Assembly: GCA_038065075.1 (NCBI GenBank)
Contig: JBBTRQ010000008.1
Location: forward strand, 11,960-75,959
Direction of reading: 5' to 3'
DNA: 64,000 bases
Source of the DNA: Patescibacteria group bacterium
GTDB lineage: Bacteria > Patescibacteriota > Patescibacteriia > UBA9934 > GWF2-40-263
The translations under genes were made by a program, and so were the position numbers. The notes under the pieces are model-generated. The model worked only from the letters and a program-made list of their open reading frames with translations, was not told the DNA's origin and ran no database searches. Shown in pieces: positions 9,248 to 17,492 of this stretch (positions within the stretch are counted from its first letter, which is position 1; the number at the start of each line of letters is the position of its first letter).

Positions 9248-9574
9248 TTAGCCGGTTAGGCCGAGCCCTGCGAGGTAGCACACGGCAGCGATGTTCCCCA
9301 GGAGGGAATGGAGGGTGACGTGGAAGAGGATCCCGACTGACTCCCCCATGTCGTGGTGATTGGGAGTGCTGGTCTCCAGGGCGTAGGCGATGAAGAATGG
9401 GCTCATCATCGTCGGGATGATCGTGAAGATGGCTCCGGTGATCATCCCCAACCACCACTCGACACCGTGGATGTTCAGATGGTAGAGCCAAACGAGGCCA
9501 AACGGCAGAAGTGCGAAGAAGCAGCCGCAGGCCAAGGTAGAGATGGTGATTGCGTACCACTTGAGGTAGTTCAT
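9248..9574 (-). CDS. Small integral membrane protein (108 aa)
   Basis: Three hydrophobic helices. No motif. Confidence 0.3.
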   Translation of the reverse strand: MNYLKWYAITISTLACGCFFALLPFGLVWLYHLNIHGVEWWLGMITGAIFTIIPTMMSPFFIAYALETSTPNHHDMGESVGILFHVTLHSLLGNIAAVCYLAGLGLTG

Positions 9575-9729
9575 GGTTTCCCTTCGAGTCTCGGCCTGCC
9601 GTCAGGCGGCGCGAGGGGTTGGGGGTTTCACGGACGGAATCTGCACGAAGCAGGGATCGAGCGTATCGAACAGAGATGTTTCTGTCAATCCGGTCGTTGG
9701 GGTACACTGGGCGCAACAGACTCTCCACT

Positions 9730-12384
9730 ATGCCTACACAAACTCGACCCACCTTTCTCATCCTCGACGGCAACGCGCTCTTGCACCGCGCCTGGCACGC
9801 CATTCCCCCGCTGACCACAAAAGACGGTTTGGTTGTGAACGCCGCCTATGGGTTCGCGATGATTCTCGAGAAGATGATCGAGACGCAGAAGCCCGAGTAC
9901 ATGGCCGTGGCGTGGGACGTGGAGGGCGGCACATTTCGGGATGAGATTTTCGCCGCCTACAAAGCGCAGCGCGAGAAGAAGGAACAGGAGCTCTACGACC
10001 AGATTCCGATCATCCAAAAAATTCTCGCCGCATTTGGGATTCCTTCGATTGAAGCGCCTGGATACGAGGCCGACGACATTATCGGCACGCTCTCGAAACG
10101 GGCGGCGGATCAGGGATTGCGAGCACTGATCGTCACGGGCGACCTCGACAGTCTCCAGTTGGTCGACGAAAACGTGCAGGTACTATTTTTTCAAAAAGGG
10201 ATTAGCGAGACAAAACTCTACGACGTCGAGGCGGTGAAGGAGCGTTATGGGCTTACAGTAGATCAACTCATCGATTACAAAGCCCTGCGTGGAGATCCAA
10301 GCGATAACATTCCCGGAGTGGCTGGTATCGGTGAAAAAACCGCGACGACCTTGTTGCAGAAGTATCACTCGATCGACGGGATCTACAAACACCTCGAGCA
10401 GATTGAGGAGAAGTACGCCAAAAAACTTCGGGGCCAAGAAAAGACCGTCGAGATCGCGCTCAAGCTCGTGACGATCGTGCGCGACATGAAGTTTCCGTTC
10501 ACGTTTGAAGAGGCCAAGCGCGGCGCGCCCGATTACGAGAAACTTCTTCCCCTCTATAAGGATCTCGAGTTTCGTACGCTGTTGAAAAAACATGGCGAGC
10601 CGATGAGTGATGATGGTGGCCGTGGTGGTGTCCAAGGTGGTAGCCCCAGGCTTCAGCCTGGGTCCGAGAAGGTTGTCACTCGAGTTCAAATTGTCCGAAC
10701 GATCGAGCAGATCCAGCCCAGGCTGAAGCCTGGGGCTACCATCGCCGTTCTCATTGCGGAGCAACCCGCAGATCTTTTCGGGGCGACTACCGCCGCGGTG
10801 GGAATTTACGACGGAAAGAACACCGTCGTTCTCCCCAACCCGTCACGCGAGGCGCTCGCGTCTGTCGCAGGCATCCTAGCGAAGGCTGATCGAGTCATCA
10901 CTCACGATCTCAAACATCTCATGCACCAGCTTGGGAGCGTTGTCGATCGCCCGGCGTTCGACACCATGATTGCGTCGTATCTCCTTGCCTCAGGTTCTCG
11001 AGCACATGATTTACCTGGCGCCATGCATGGGTTCCTCGGTCGGTCGGTGGAAGTGCCAGCGACGTTTGCGAAAGAAAAAGATTACGAGCGGTTTGGACAA
11101 GTTGTCGCGGCTCTTCCGGAGCTTGCACAAAGAATGGAGAAAGAACTCGAGAAGGCGGGATCCACGAAGGTCTTCGGGGAGATTGAAATGCCACTTATTC
11201 CCGTCCTCTATCACATGGAGGTCGAAGGGATTGAGCTTGATACCAAGAGCCTCGAAGTTTTTTCCGCGAGTCTCAAAAAGCGTATCGACGAACTTACCAA
11301 GAAGATCACTAAGCTCGCCGGCGTCGAGTTTAATCTCAACTCCCCTTCCCAACTTGCGGACGTCTTGTTTGTGACCATGGGACTCTCAACCAAAGGCATC
11401 AAGAAAACAAAAACAGGATTCTCTACCGCCGCGCCAGAACTCGAGAAACTGTGGGACGCTCATGAGATCATTCCCCTGCTCTCCGAGTATCGCGAGCTGA
11501 CGAAGTTGCAGTCGACCTATGTGGAGGCCCTTCCCAAACTCGTTGCCAAGGACGGTCGTGTGCATACCAGTTTCAATCAAACCGTTGCGGCCACGGGGCG
11601 TTTATCTTCGTCGGATCCGAACTTGCAGAACATTCCGATCAAGACAGATCTTGGTCGTGAGATTCGCAAGGCGTTTGTCGCGCCACGCGGAAAAATTCTC
11701 GTTGCGGCCGACTACAGTCAGATCGAATTGCGGCTCGCCGCGGTGATCGCAAAAGACAGACCGTTCATCCAGGCGTTTCAGGAAGGGGCGGACATTCATA
11801 CCCGCACAGCGGCTGAGGTATGGGATGTGAGTGAGGAGAAGGTTACAAAGGAACAACGTCGCGCGGCCAAAGCGATAAACTTCGGGATTCTCTACGGCAT
11901 GGGGCCACGGTCGCTCTCGCGATCGACTGGACTTTCAATGGAAGAAGCAAAACATTTTATCGAGCGTTACTTTGAGATCCACCACGCGATCCGTGACTAT
12001 CTCGACCAAACAAAATTGAAGGCGCACACGGACGGCTATGTTGAAACGATGTTTGGTCGACGACGGTATCTCCCCGAGATTCAGTCGGGCGTGCCGATGC
12101 TGGTTGCGAGTGCGGAGCGCATGGCGATCAACATGCCGGTGCAAGGGACGGCCGCGGATATCATGAAAATGGCGATGCTGCGCGTGGACGGTTGGCTTAC
12201 GCAAAGCCAGTGGCCGGCAAAGATGCTTTTGCAGGTGCATGACGAGCTGGTGCTGGAAGTCGACAAGGCGGCGATGGAACCGGTCGTGGCGGGAGTCAAA
12301 GAAATGATGGAGAGCGTGGCGAGCTTTGAGGTGTCGCTGGTTGTGGACATCGAAGTGGGAAAAAACTGGGGGGAGATGAAATAG
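9730..12384 (+). CDS. polA: DNA polymerase I
   Basis: 5'-3' exonuclease region FLILDGNALLHRAWHA and LIDYKALRGDPSDNIPGVAGIGEKTA. Polymerase motifs RRAAKAINFGILYGMG and LLQVHDELVLE. Start taken at Met 9730 rather than the upstream ORF-track start. Confidence 0.9.
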   Translation: MPTQTRPTFLILDGNALLHRAWHAIPPLTTKDGLVVNAAYGFAMILEKMIETQKPEYMAVAWDVEGGTFRDEIFAAYKAQREKKEQELYDQIPIIQKILAAFGIPSIEAPGYEADDIIGTLSKRAADQGLRALIVTGDLDSLQLVDENVQVLFFQKGISETKLYDVEAVKERYGLTVDQLIDYKALRGDPSDNIPGVAGIGEKTATTLLQKYHSIDGIYKHLEQIEEKYAKKLRGQEKTVEIALKLVTIVRDMKFPFTFEEAKRGAPDYEKLLPLYKDLEFRTLLKKHGEPMSDDGGRGGVQGGSPRLQPGSEKVVTRVQIVRTIEQIQPRLKPGATIAVLIAEQPADLFGATTAAVGIYDGKNTVVLPNPSREALASVAGILAKADRVITHDLKHLMHQLGSVVDRPAFDTMIASYLLASGSRAHDLPGAMHGFLGRSVEVPATFAKEKDYERFGQVVAALPELAQRMEKELEKAGSTKVFGEIEMPLIPVLYHMEVEGIELDTKSLEVFSASLKKRIDELTKKITKLAGVEFNLNSPSQLADVLFVTMGLSTKGIKKTKTGFSTAAPELEKLWDAHEIIPLLSEYRELTKLQSTYVEALPKLVAKDGRVHTSFNQTVAATGRLSSSDPNLQNIPIKTDLGREIRKAFVAPRGKILVAADYSQIELRLAAVIAKDRPFIQAFQEGADIHTRTAAEVWDVSEEKVTKEQRRAAKAINFGILYGMGPRSLSRSTGLSMEEAKHFIERYFEIHHAIRDYLDQTKLKAHTDGYVETMFGRRRYLPEIQSGVPMLVASAERMAINMPVQGTAADIMKMAMLRVDGWLTQSQWPAKMLLQVHDELVLEVDKAAMEPVVAGVKEMMESVASFEVSLVVDIEVGKNWGEMK
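10639..10740. repeat. Miniature palindromic element inserted in frame inside polA
   Basis: Perfect 24-bp terminal inverted repeats: GGTAGCCCCAGGCTTCAGCCTGGG at 10639-10662 and CCCAGGCTGAAGCCTGGGGCTACC at 10717-10740. Each arm also contains an internal hairpin. Total 102 bp, equal to 34 codons, so the polA reading frame is preserved. Confidence 0.7.
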
Positions 12385-12385
12385 A

Positions 12386-12426
12386 AAAAACCGCCTGTGC
12401 GAGCGATGCTCGGCAGGCGGTTCTGC
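12386..12426. terminator. Bidirectional terminator between polA and the convergent gene
   Basis: aaaaaaCCGCCTG..CAGGCGGttctg hairpin immediately after the polA stop. Confidence 0.5.
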
Positions 12427-12427
12427 G

Positions 12428-13033
12428 TTACGCCGCGTCGGGCGGCGGTGCGTCCGTGTAGTACTTGGCGATGGCTCGCGTGATCATGGCTTCGTCGGCT
12501 GCCCGGGCCTCGACGAGATAGCCGGTCAAGAACTTCACGTCGTCGAACGCGAAGATGTTCGTGAGGTCGACCATTGCGACCCACAGGACGCGGTCGTTCC
12601 CAGTGCCCGCGAGAGAGAACGCGATCAGCTGATGCTTGACCGCAACCTCCTTGGGAACCAGCCGCACCACCTCTGGATCGATCTCGAGCTTGTCCAGGTC
12701 GACCACTGGAGAGTTGCGCAGGCGCTCAAGGATTTCCAGAACGGGGAAGCGCCGATGCTCCCCGTCAGGCATGCGTGGCGCGGGGTTGTCAGCTCTGGCG
12801 TCCAGAGCCTCGACAGCGACTCGGTTCGCTTCGAGCTCCTTGCGCATCTCCAGCTCGCTTGCGTCCAGTGCCGCAATGAGCGCGTTCATGATCGGCATCA
12901 GCGCTCTGATACCGGCGTTCAAGTGCGGGTAGGACGTCACACCAGCCAGCTCCCGGTTGAGCCGCGCAAGCGTGTAGAGCTTGCTGATGACCTCTCCCCA
13001 CTTTTCTATCAAGACAGCGATTCTGTCAGTCAT
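12428..13033 (-). CDS. Stand-alone T2SS-E N-terminal (GspE_N-like) domain protein
   Basis: C-terminal half DPEVVRLVPKEVAVKHQLIAF..DRVLWVAMVDLTNIFAFDDVKFLTGYLVEARAADEAMITRAIAKYY matches the GspE/PilB N-terminal domain pattern. There is no ATPase domain. Moderately GC-rich. Confidence 0.5.
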   Translation of the reverse strand: MTDRIAVLIEKWGEVISKLYTLARLNRELAGVTSYPHLNAGIRALMPIMNALIAALDASELEMRKELEANRVAVEALDARADNPAPRMPDGEHRRFPVLEILERLRNSPVVDLDKLEIDPEVVRLVPKEVAVKHQLIAFSLAGTGNDRVLWVAMVDLTNIFAFDDVKFLTGYLVEARAADEAMITRAIAKYYTDAPPPDAA

Positions 13034-13131
13034 GAACTAACACCTCCATTCCAGCCACATCCAATCATAATGCTCGATTCTTGGCAATGGACGTGGAGGT
13101 TATTTTGACACTGGGGTAACATGCCTCCACT

Positions 13132-14103
13132 ATGCTCATCTTTGTTTACGGCGAAGACGGCTTCCAAGCGAGGGAGAAGGTGCGGCAGCTCGTCGAGGCT
13201 TTTCGCGAAAAGTTCGATCCCACCGGTCTCAACGTGGCGCAGTTTCAAGGCGATAAAAAAGTGGACATCGGCGAAGTGCTGGGCGCCGTGCACGCCTCTC
13301 CTTTTTTGGGTCAGAAGCGTTTGGTGGTGATTGAGGGTTTGCTGGAGGCAACCAAGAAGGGCGAGATGGCGGTGTGGGCCGACGGATTCAAAAGAACGCC
13401 TGACTCGACGATTGTGATTTTTCATGAGTCGATCGACGCAAAGATGCTGGAGAAAAAGCCGCTCTTCCAAGAGCTTGCACACCAGGGGCAGACGCCCCGC
13501 TATGACTTCCCGCTCCTGCAAGGGACTGCGCTCAATGCCTGGGTGCAGGCGCGGATGAAGGAGCGCGGCGGAAGAATCGAACCCTCGGCGCTGCGAGCGC
13601 TCGTCCTGCGCGTGGGCGCGGACTTATGGCAAATGGACAATGAGATCGGGAAGCTCGTCGCGTATGCGGGAGACCAACCGATCACGGTCGCGACCGTGGA
13701 CGAGTTGGTGAGTGTGAGCTTTGAGGGAAAGATTTTTTCACTCATCGATGCGGTCTCGCAACGTCGACCCACCGAGGCGATTCGACTGTTACAAGAAGAA
13801 CGCTGGAGTGGCGCCAACGACCACTACTTGATGACGATGCTGGGGCGGCAAGTGCGAATCCTTTTGGGCGCACGCGCCATGCTCGATGAGAATCCCCGGG
13901 CGACAAAAGAAGAATTCGCCAACACACTCGACATCCATCCGTTCGTCGCCCAAAAGGCGCTCGCTCAGGCGCGTGGCTTTTCGCTCGAGCACCTCAAGGC
14001 AGTACACGAGTTGTTGTTTGAATTCGACGTTCAGATGAAATCAGGCGGTATCGATGCCGACTTGGCCGTCGACCTCACGACGGTGAAACTGACGCAGAAA
14101 TAA
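13132..14103 (+). CDS. holA: DNA polymerase III delta subunit
   Basis: N-terminus LIFVYGEDGFQAREKV with AAA-lid-like architecture. Typical size of 323 aa. Confidence 0.6.
   Translation: MLIFVYGEDGFQAREKVRQLVEAFREKFDPTGLNVAQFQGDKKVDIGEVLGAVHASPFLGQKRLVVIEGLLEATKKGEMAVWADGFKRTPDSTIVIFHESIDAKMLEKKPLFQELAHQGQTPRYDFPLLQGTALNAWVQARMKERGGRIEPSALRALVLRVGADLWQMDNEIGKLVAYAGDQPITVATVDELVSVSFEGKIFSLIDAVSQRRPTEAIRLLQEERWSGANDHYLMTMLGRQVRILLGARAMLDENPRATKEEFANTLDIHPFVAQKALAQARGFSLEHLKAVHELLFEFDVQMKSGGIDADLAVDLTTVKLTQK
14035..14103 (+). repeat. 69-bp direct repeat, copy A (3' end of holA)
   Basis: atgaaatcaggcggtatcgatgccgacttggccgtcgacctcacgacggtgaaactgacgcagaaataa is identical to 17059-17127. Confidence 0.85.
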
Positions 14104-14137
14104 AACAGACCCTTCCGGATCCGTTTTTTCATGCCTT

Positions 14138-15478
14138 CTACAATTCAGGGCTCCATGTTTCTTCATGAGGCGTTGGTTTGTATCGTAGGCGTGCTCCATT
14201 TTTTTGAATAGATTTTAGTGCATCGATTAAGCGATCGATATCCTCCTTCGTATTGAAGATGCCGATACTTGCACGAACCGCTCCGTAGGAGGCTAGACGG
14301 TCTCCACCCTTGATTCGTTCCTCGATTTTTTTCTGGTCTTCATCACCTATCGCAAACCAACGGCGAACAAGACGGTGATTGCAGATCGTGCCTGCACGCG
14401 TTTCAATCCCGTATTCGTGATCGAGGATTGCGGCGAGCAGAGCATGATGATATCCCTTGAGGGTAAAGGGAAATGTCCCGATACGATCTCCCGAAAGAAA
14501 CTTTTCAAGTGGCACATGCAGAGTCAGATCCGGAATCGCCGCCAACCGTTTTGCTGTGTATTCAACGAGTTCTTTCTCGTGGCCTAGAATCGTTTTCCAA
14601 CCCATCGACATCATTCCACGACAACTTTCAGCGAGAGCAACGATCCCTGTTACGTTCCATGTTCCCGTTTGGTGGCGTTCTGTACTCGGGGCCCAGACGA
14701 TGTCTTTTTCAGAGATCATATCAATCGACCCGCCTCCGGGATCAACGGGCGAACGATCAAGGAGATCCTTTGGCAAGACAAGCACGCCTAATCCAAACGG
14801 CGAATAGATTTTGTGTGCCGAGAAGGCTAACGCGTCAATTCCCTGCTCTGTCATGTTGATCGGCCTATGTGGTGCGAGCTGTGCCGCATCCACGAAGAGT
14901 CGTGCTCCAGACGTATGAGCGATTTCAGACAAGCGTTTAATGTCCGGGACGTAGCCCGTCAGATTTGAGGCACCGGTGATCACGATCCACTTCAAGTTTT
15001 TTTCATGGAGCTTAGCTTTTTTTAGTAGGTCATTCATGTCGATCGATCCATCGCTAAATGCGGCCACCTCAACTATTTTTGCTTTTGTGTTGTACCGCCA
15101 CGGGAGGTTGTTCGAAGTATGTTCGATGCATGAGGTTAAAATGACGTCTTTTTCATTGAGAGTCATGAGTCGTGCAATGAGGTTGATCGCCGTACTTGTG
15201 TTTGAGGAAAAGAGCAATGTTTGTTCAGAAGATACACCCAGGAACTGACGAATGGTTGAGAGAGCCTTTTCGGTTGTTTCTACAGTTGCATTTGCATGAG
15301 GCCCAGCTCCACGGTGGAGTGCTCCATACGAATCGAAGAACGCGTGCAAGGCATCGACCGTCTGCACAAAGGGAGGAGTTGTTGCTGCATTGTTCAATTT
15401 TACTACCCTCACGCGCCCCCCGGTTAAGAGCTCGGTAAATGTATTCGATCCGGTAGTGATCGGCAGGACTTTTTCCAT
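14138..15478 (-). CDS. Class V aminotransferase / cysteine desulfurase-family PLP enzyme
   Basis: ALAFSAHKIYSPFGLGVLV (PLP-lysine SxHK motif). 446 aa, fold-type I size. Confidence 0.6.
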   Translation of the reverse strand: MEKVLPITTGSNTFTELLTGGRVRVVKLNNAATTPPFVQTVDALHAFFDSYGALHRGAGPHANATVETTEKALSTIRQFLGVSSEQTLLFSSNTSTAINLIARLMTLNEKDVILTSCIEHTSNNLPWRYNTKAKIVEVAAFSDGSIDMNDLLKKAKLHEKNLKWIVITGASNLTGYVPDIKRLSEIAHTSGARLFVDAAQLAPHRPINMTEQGIDALAFSAHKIYSPFGLGVLVLPKDLLDRSPVDPGGGSIDMISEKDIVWAPSTERHQTGTWNVTGIVALAESCRGMMSMGWKTILGHEKELVEYTAKRLAAIPDLTLHVPLEKFLSGDRIGTFPFTLKGYHHALLAAILDHEYGIETRAGTICNHRLVRRWFAIGDEDQKKIEERIKGGDRLASYGAVRASIGIFNTKEDIDRLIDALKSIQKNGARLRYKPTPHEETWSPEL

Positions 15479-15482
15479 AGAG

Positions 15483-16190
15483 TTATTTTTTTGTGGCTAA
15501 GAGGAGAACGGTGTTCCATTTGGAAAACAGACGTTTCACGGTGCATCCAGCGTTTCGTATCCACTTCTCTTGATCCTCTATCGTTGCCAAGTTGTTTAGG
15601 TACATATGGTGATGTGCCCAATCACGAAGCATTGCACGAGTAGTCGCGTGCTCGACTAGATGGTGGTAGTGGTAGGCACTCTTTTCAGCGGCATCAATTT
15701 TGTTGTCGCGTGTCATGAGATCACCAAAAAGGAATATCCCGCCGGGCTTCAGAAGGTGGGCGATTTTTCTAAACAAGCGACGCTTACCAAGATGAGATAG
15801 ATGATGGATGCCTATGACAGAAACCACTACGTCGCAAGATCCATGGAGGCGGATCTTAGAAAAGTCACCAAGACGATACTTGATCCGGTGTGCTCCTAAG
15901 CGCTTTTTGGCGTGTGCGAGCATGGTCGACGAAAAGTCCACAACCTCGAATTCGGCGTTTGGAAATGCTGAGCGAATGAGAGACGCTGTGAGGCCTGTGC
16001 CAACTCCAAGCTCCAGGACATGAATTGACTGATTTGGACGGAAACGACGACGAAGGGTCCTTATGAGCGATTCGTGCATTTCTTTATGAAAAGGTATTGC
16101 AGATACGATGCCCCGATCGTATTTTCCCTTCGTGTAGTAGTGATAATTCAGGTCAGTTGGGAGGGCTGGTTGTTTTTCTTGTTTATTCAT
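15483..16190 (-). CDS. Class I SAM-dependent methyltransferase
   Basis: VLELGVGTGLTASLI motif I followed by an acidic residue at the end of beta-2 (EVVDFS). Confidence 0.6.
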   Translation of the reverse strand: MNKQEKQPALPTDLNYHYYTKGKYDRGIVSAIPFHKEMHESLIRTLRRRFRPNQSIHVLELGVGTGLTASLIRSAFPNAEFEVVDFSSTMLAHAKKRLGAHRIKYRLGDFSKIRLHGSCDVVVSVIGIHHLSHLGKRRLFRKIAHLLKPGGIFLFGDLMTRDNKIDAAEKSAYHYHHLVEHATTRAMLRDWAHHHMYLNNLATIEDQEKWIRNAGCTVKRLFSKWNTVLLLATKK

Positions 16191-16315
16191 AGCAAGGAAT
16201 ATTAGTCTAAAATTGTGAAATAGTCAATGATTCTAGTCATTTAGGATTGACAAATTGGCTAATCTAAAATAGAATATGAATATGATAAAATATTGTCGAA
16301 TCTTTTTGACGACAT

Positions 16316-17050
16316 ATGAGTGCAAAAGACTCTCTCGTTTCACTTGGATTATCAGTGCAAGAAGCTGATATTTACGTCGCCTTACTCAAACAAGGCGGAG
16401 CTTCTGCGAGTGTGCTTGCGCAGGACATCGGCATGAAACGCACTACGGTGTATGCGATCCTAAGGAATCTCACCGAAAAGGGGTTCTCTTCTGTATATTT
16501 TCGGCGCGGCAAGCGTGTTTTTCATGCTCAGAAACCACATAAAGTCGCCTCATTGGTAGAACAAAAACTGAAAAGCTTCAACGAGGCAATCCCTTTTTTA
16601 GAATCCATGGATCGATCCCAGGTCCAAAAACTGGGCCTTCGCTTTATTGAAAGTAAAAAGGAACTCGAAAGTTTCTATAATGAGGTCTTGATTGACCAGA
16701 AGAACAGGGGGTACCGTATTATCGGGAGCACTCCATCGTGGGAAGGCATCGACCCTGACTATTTTGTGAAATTCCGTGAGAAACGAGCTAAAGCAAATAT
16801 TCAAACAAGGCTACTCCTCACGGCCGAATCTAAGGAAGAAAGTCCGACCGATAAAGAGCTTCTTCGTCAGGTTCGCTTCCTACCAAAGCGTTATGACTTC
16901 AGGAGCACTTTAGACATCTTTGATGATAAGGTTCTTATCGTGAGTCCAGAGCTATCTTCTCTTGCTGTAATTGTTGCTGTGCCGGCAATGGTAGATATTT
17001 TCAATTCAATCTTTGAGATGCTTTGGGAGAATGTTGGGAGCAGTGAATAG
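16316..17050 (+). CDS. TrmB-family transcriptional regulator
   Basis: N-terminal LSVQEADIYVALLKQGGASASVLAQDIGMKRTTVYAILRNLTEKGF (wHTH of TrmB type) plus a C-terminal ligand-domain-sized region. Confidence 0.5.
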   Translation: MSAKDSLVSLGLSVQEADIYVALLKQGGASASVLAQDIGMKRTTVYAILRNLTEKGFSSVYFRRGKRVFHAQKPHKVASLVEQKLKSFNEAIPFLESMDRSQVQKLGLRFIESKKELESFYNEVLIDQKNRGYRIIGSTPSWEGIDPDYFVKFREKRAKANIQTRLLLTAESKEESPTDKELLRQVRFLPKRYDFRSTLDIFDDKVLIVSPELSSLAVIVAVPAMVDIFNSIFEMLWENVGSSE

Positions 17051-17058
17051 ATATCAGC

Positions 17059-17127
17059 ATGAAATCAGGCGGTATCGATGCCGACTTGGCCGTCGACCTC
17101 ACGACGGTGAAACTGACGCAGAAATAA
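17059..17127 (+). repeat. 69-bp direct repeat, copy B
   Basis: Exact duplicate of the last 69 bp of holA including its stop. It abuts the 5' end of the RNase P RNA. Confidence 0.85.
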
Positions 17128-17460
17128 GAAGAGGGGCATCACAAGGATGCCCCAGGGACAAAGGTTGATGGGAGGAGGTCCATTGGCACCGTGCGTTGAC
17201 CAACCGGGCCGCAGGGGCGACCCTTTTCGACAAACATGAGGCGTACCTCGTAGTTTGTCGGAAGGACTAGGTCCTGGCCGACGCTTCACGACTTTCGCCG
17301 ACGCACTTAGGACGATGCTGTAAAACAGGTTTACAGCGAGGGTTGAAAACGGGAGTAAATCCGCTTTCGTCCGACCTGGGTTTTGCCCCAAGCCACACCC
17401 TTCTTATTTGACACCGGACTTTGGACACGGTGTCCCGAGCCGCCGGACTCCTCTTCCCAT
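17128..17460 (+). ncRNA. rnpB: RNase P RNA
   Basis: 5' GAAGAGG pairs with 3' CCUCUUC (P1). GGAGGAGGUCCAUUGGCACCGUGC resembles the conserved GAGGAAAGUCC(A/G).GC..CACGGUGC P4/P5 region. A 3' CCGGACU segment is complementary to the 5' AGGUCC (P4). GUAAAUCC element present. Confidence 0.6.
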
Positions 17461-17492
17461 AAGGAACGAAAACAGTATAGCACACTTGCTGT

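Noticed and set aside
9619-9729. Upstream extension of polA offered by the ORF track
   Set aside because: The extension is Arg-rich junk. Met 9730 is followed directly by the conserved PolI N-terminus.
17128-17460. tmRNA (ssrA) as an alternative identity for the structured RNA after the holA repeat
   Set aside because: The 5' GGGGCGACCC..UUCGAC resembles a tmRNA start, but no 3' T-arm or acceptor complement (UCGCCCC-ACCA) is present. The P1 and P4 pairings and the GGAGGAGGUCCAUUGGCACCGUGC core fit RNase P RNA better.
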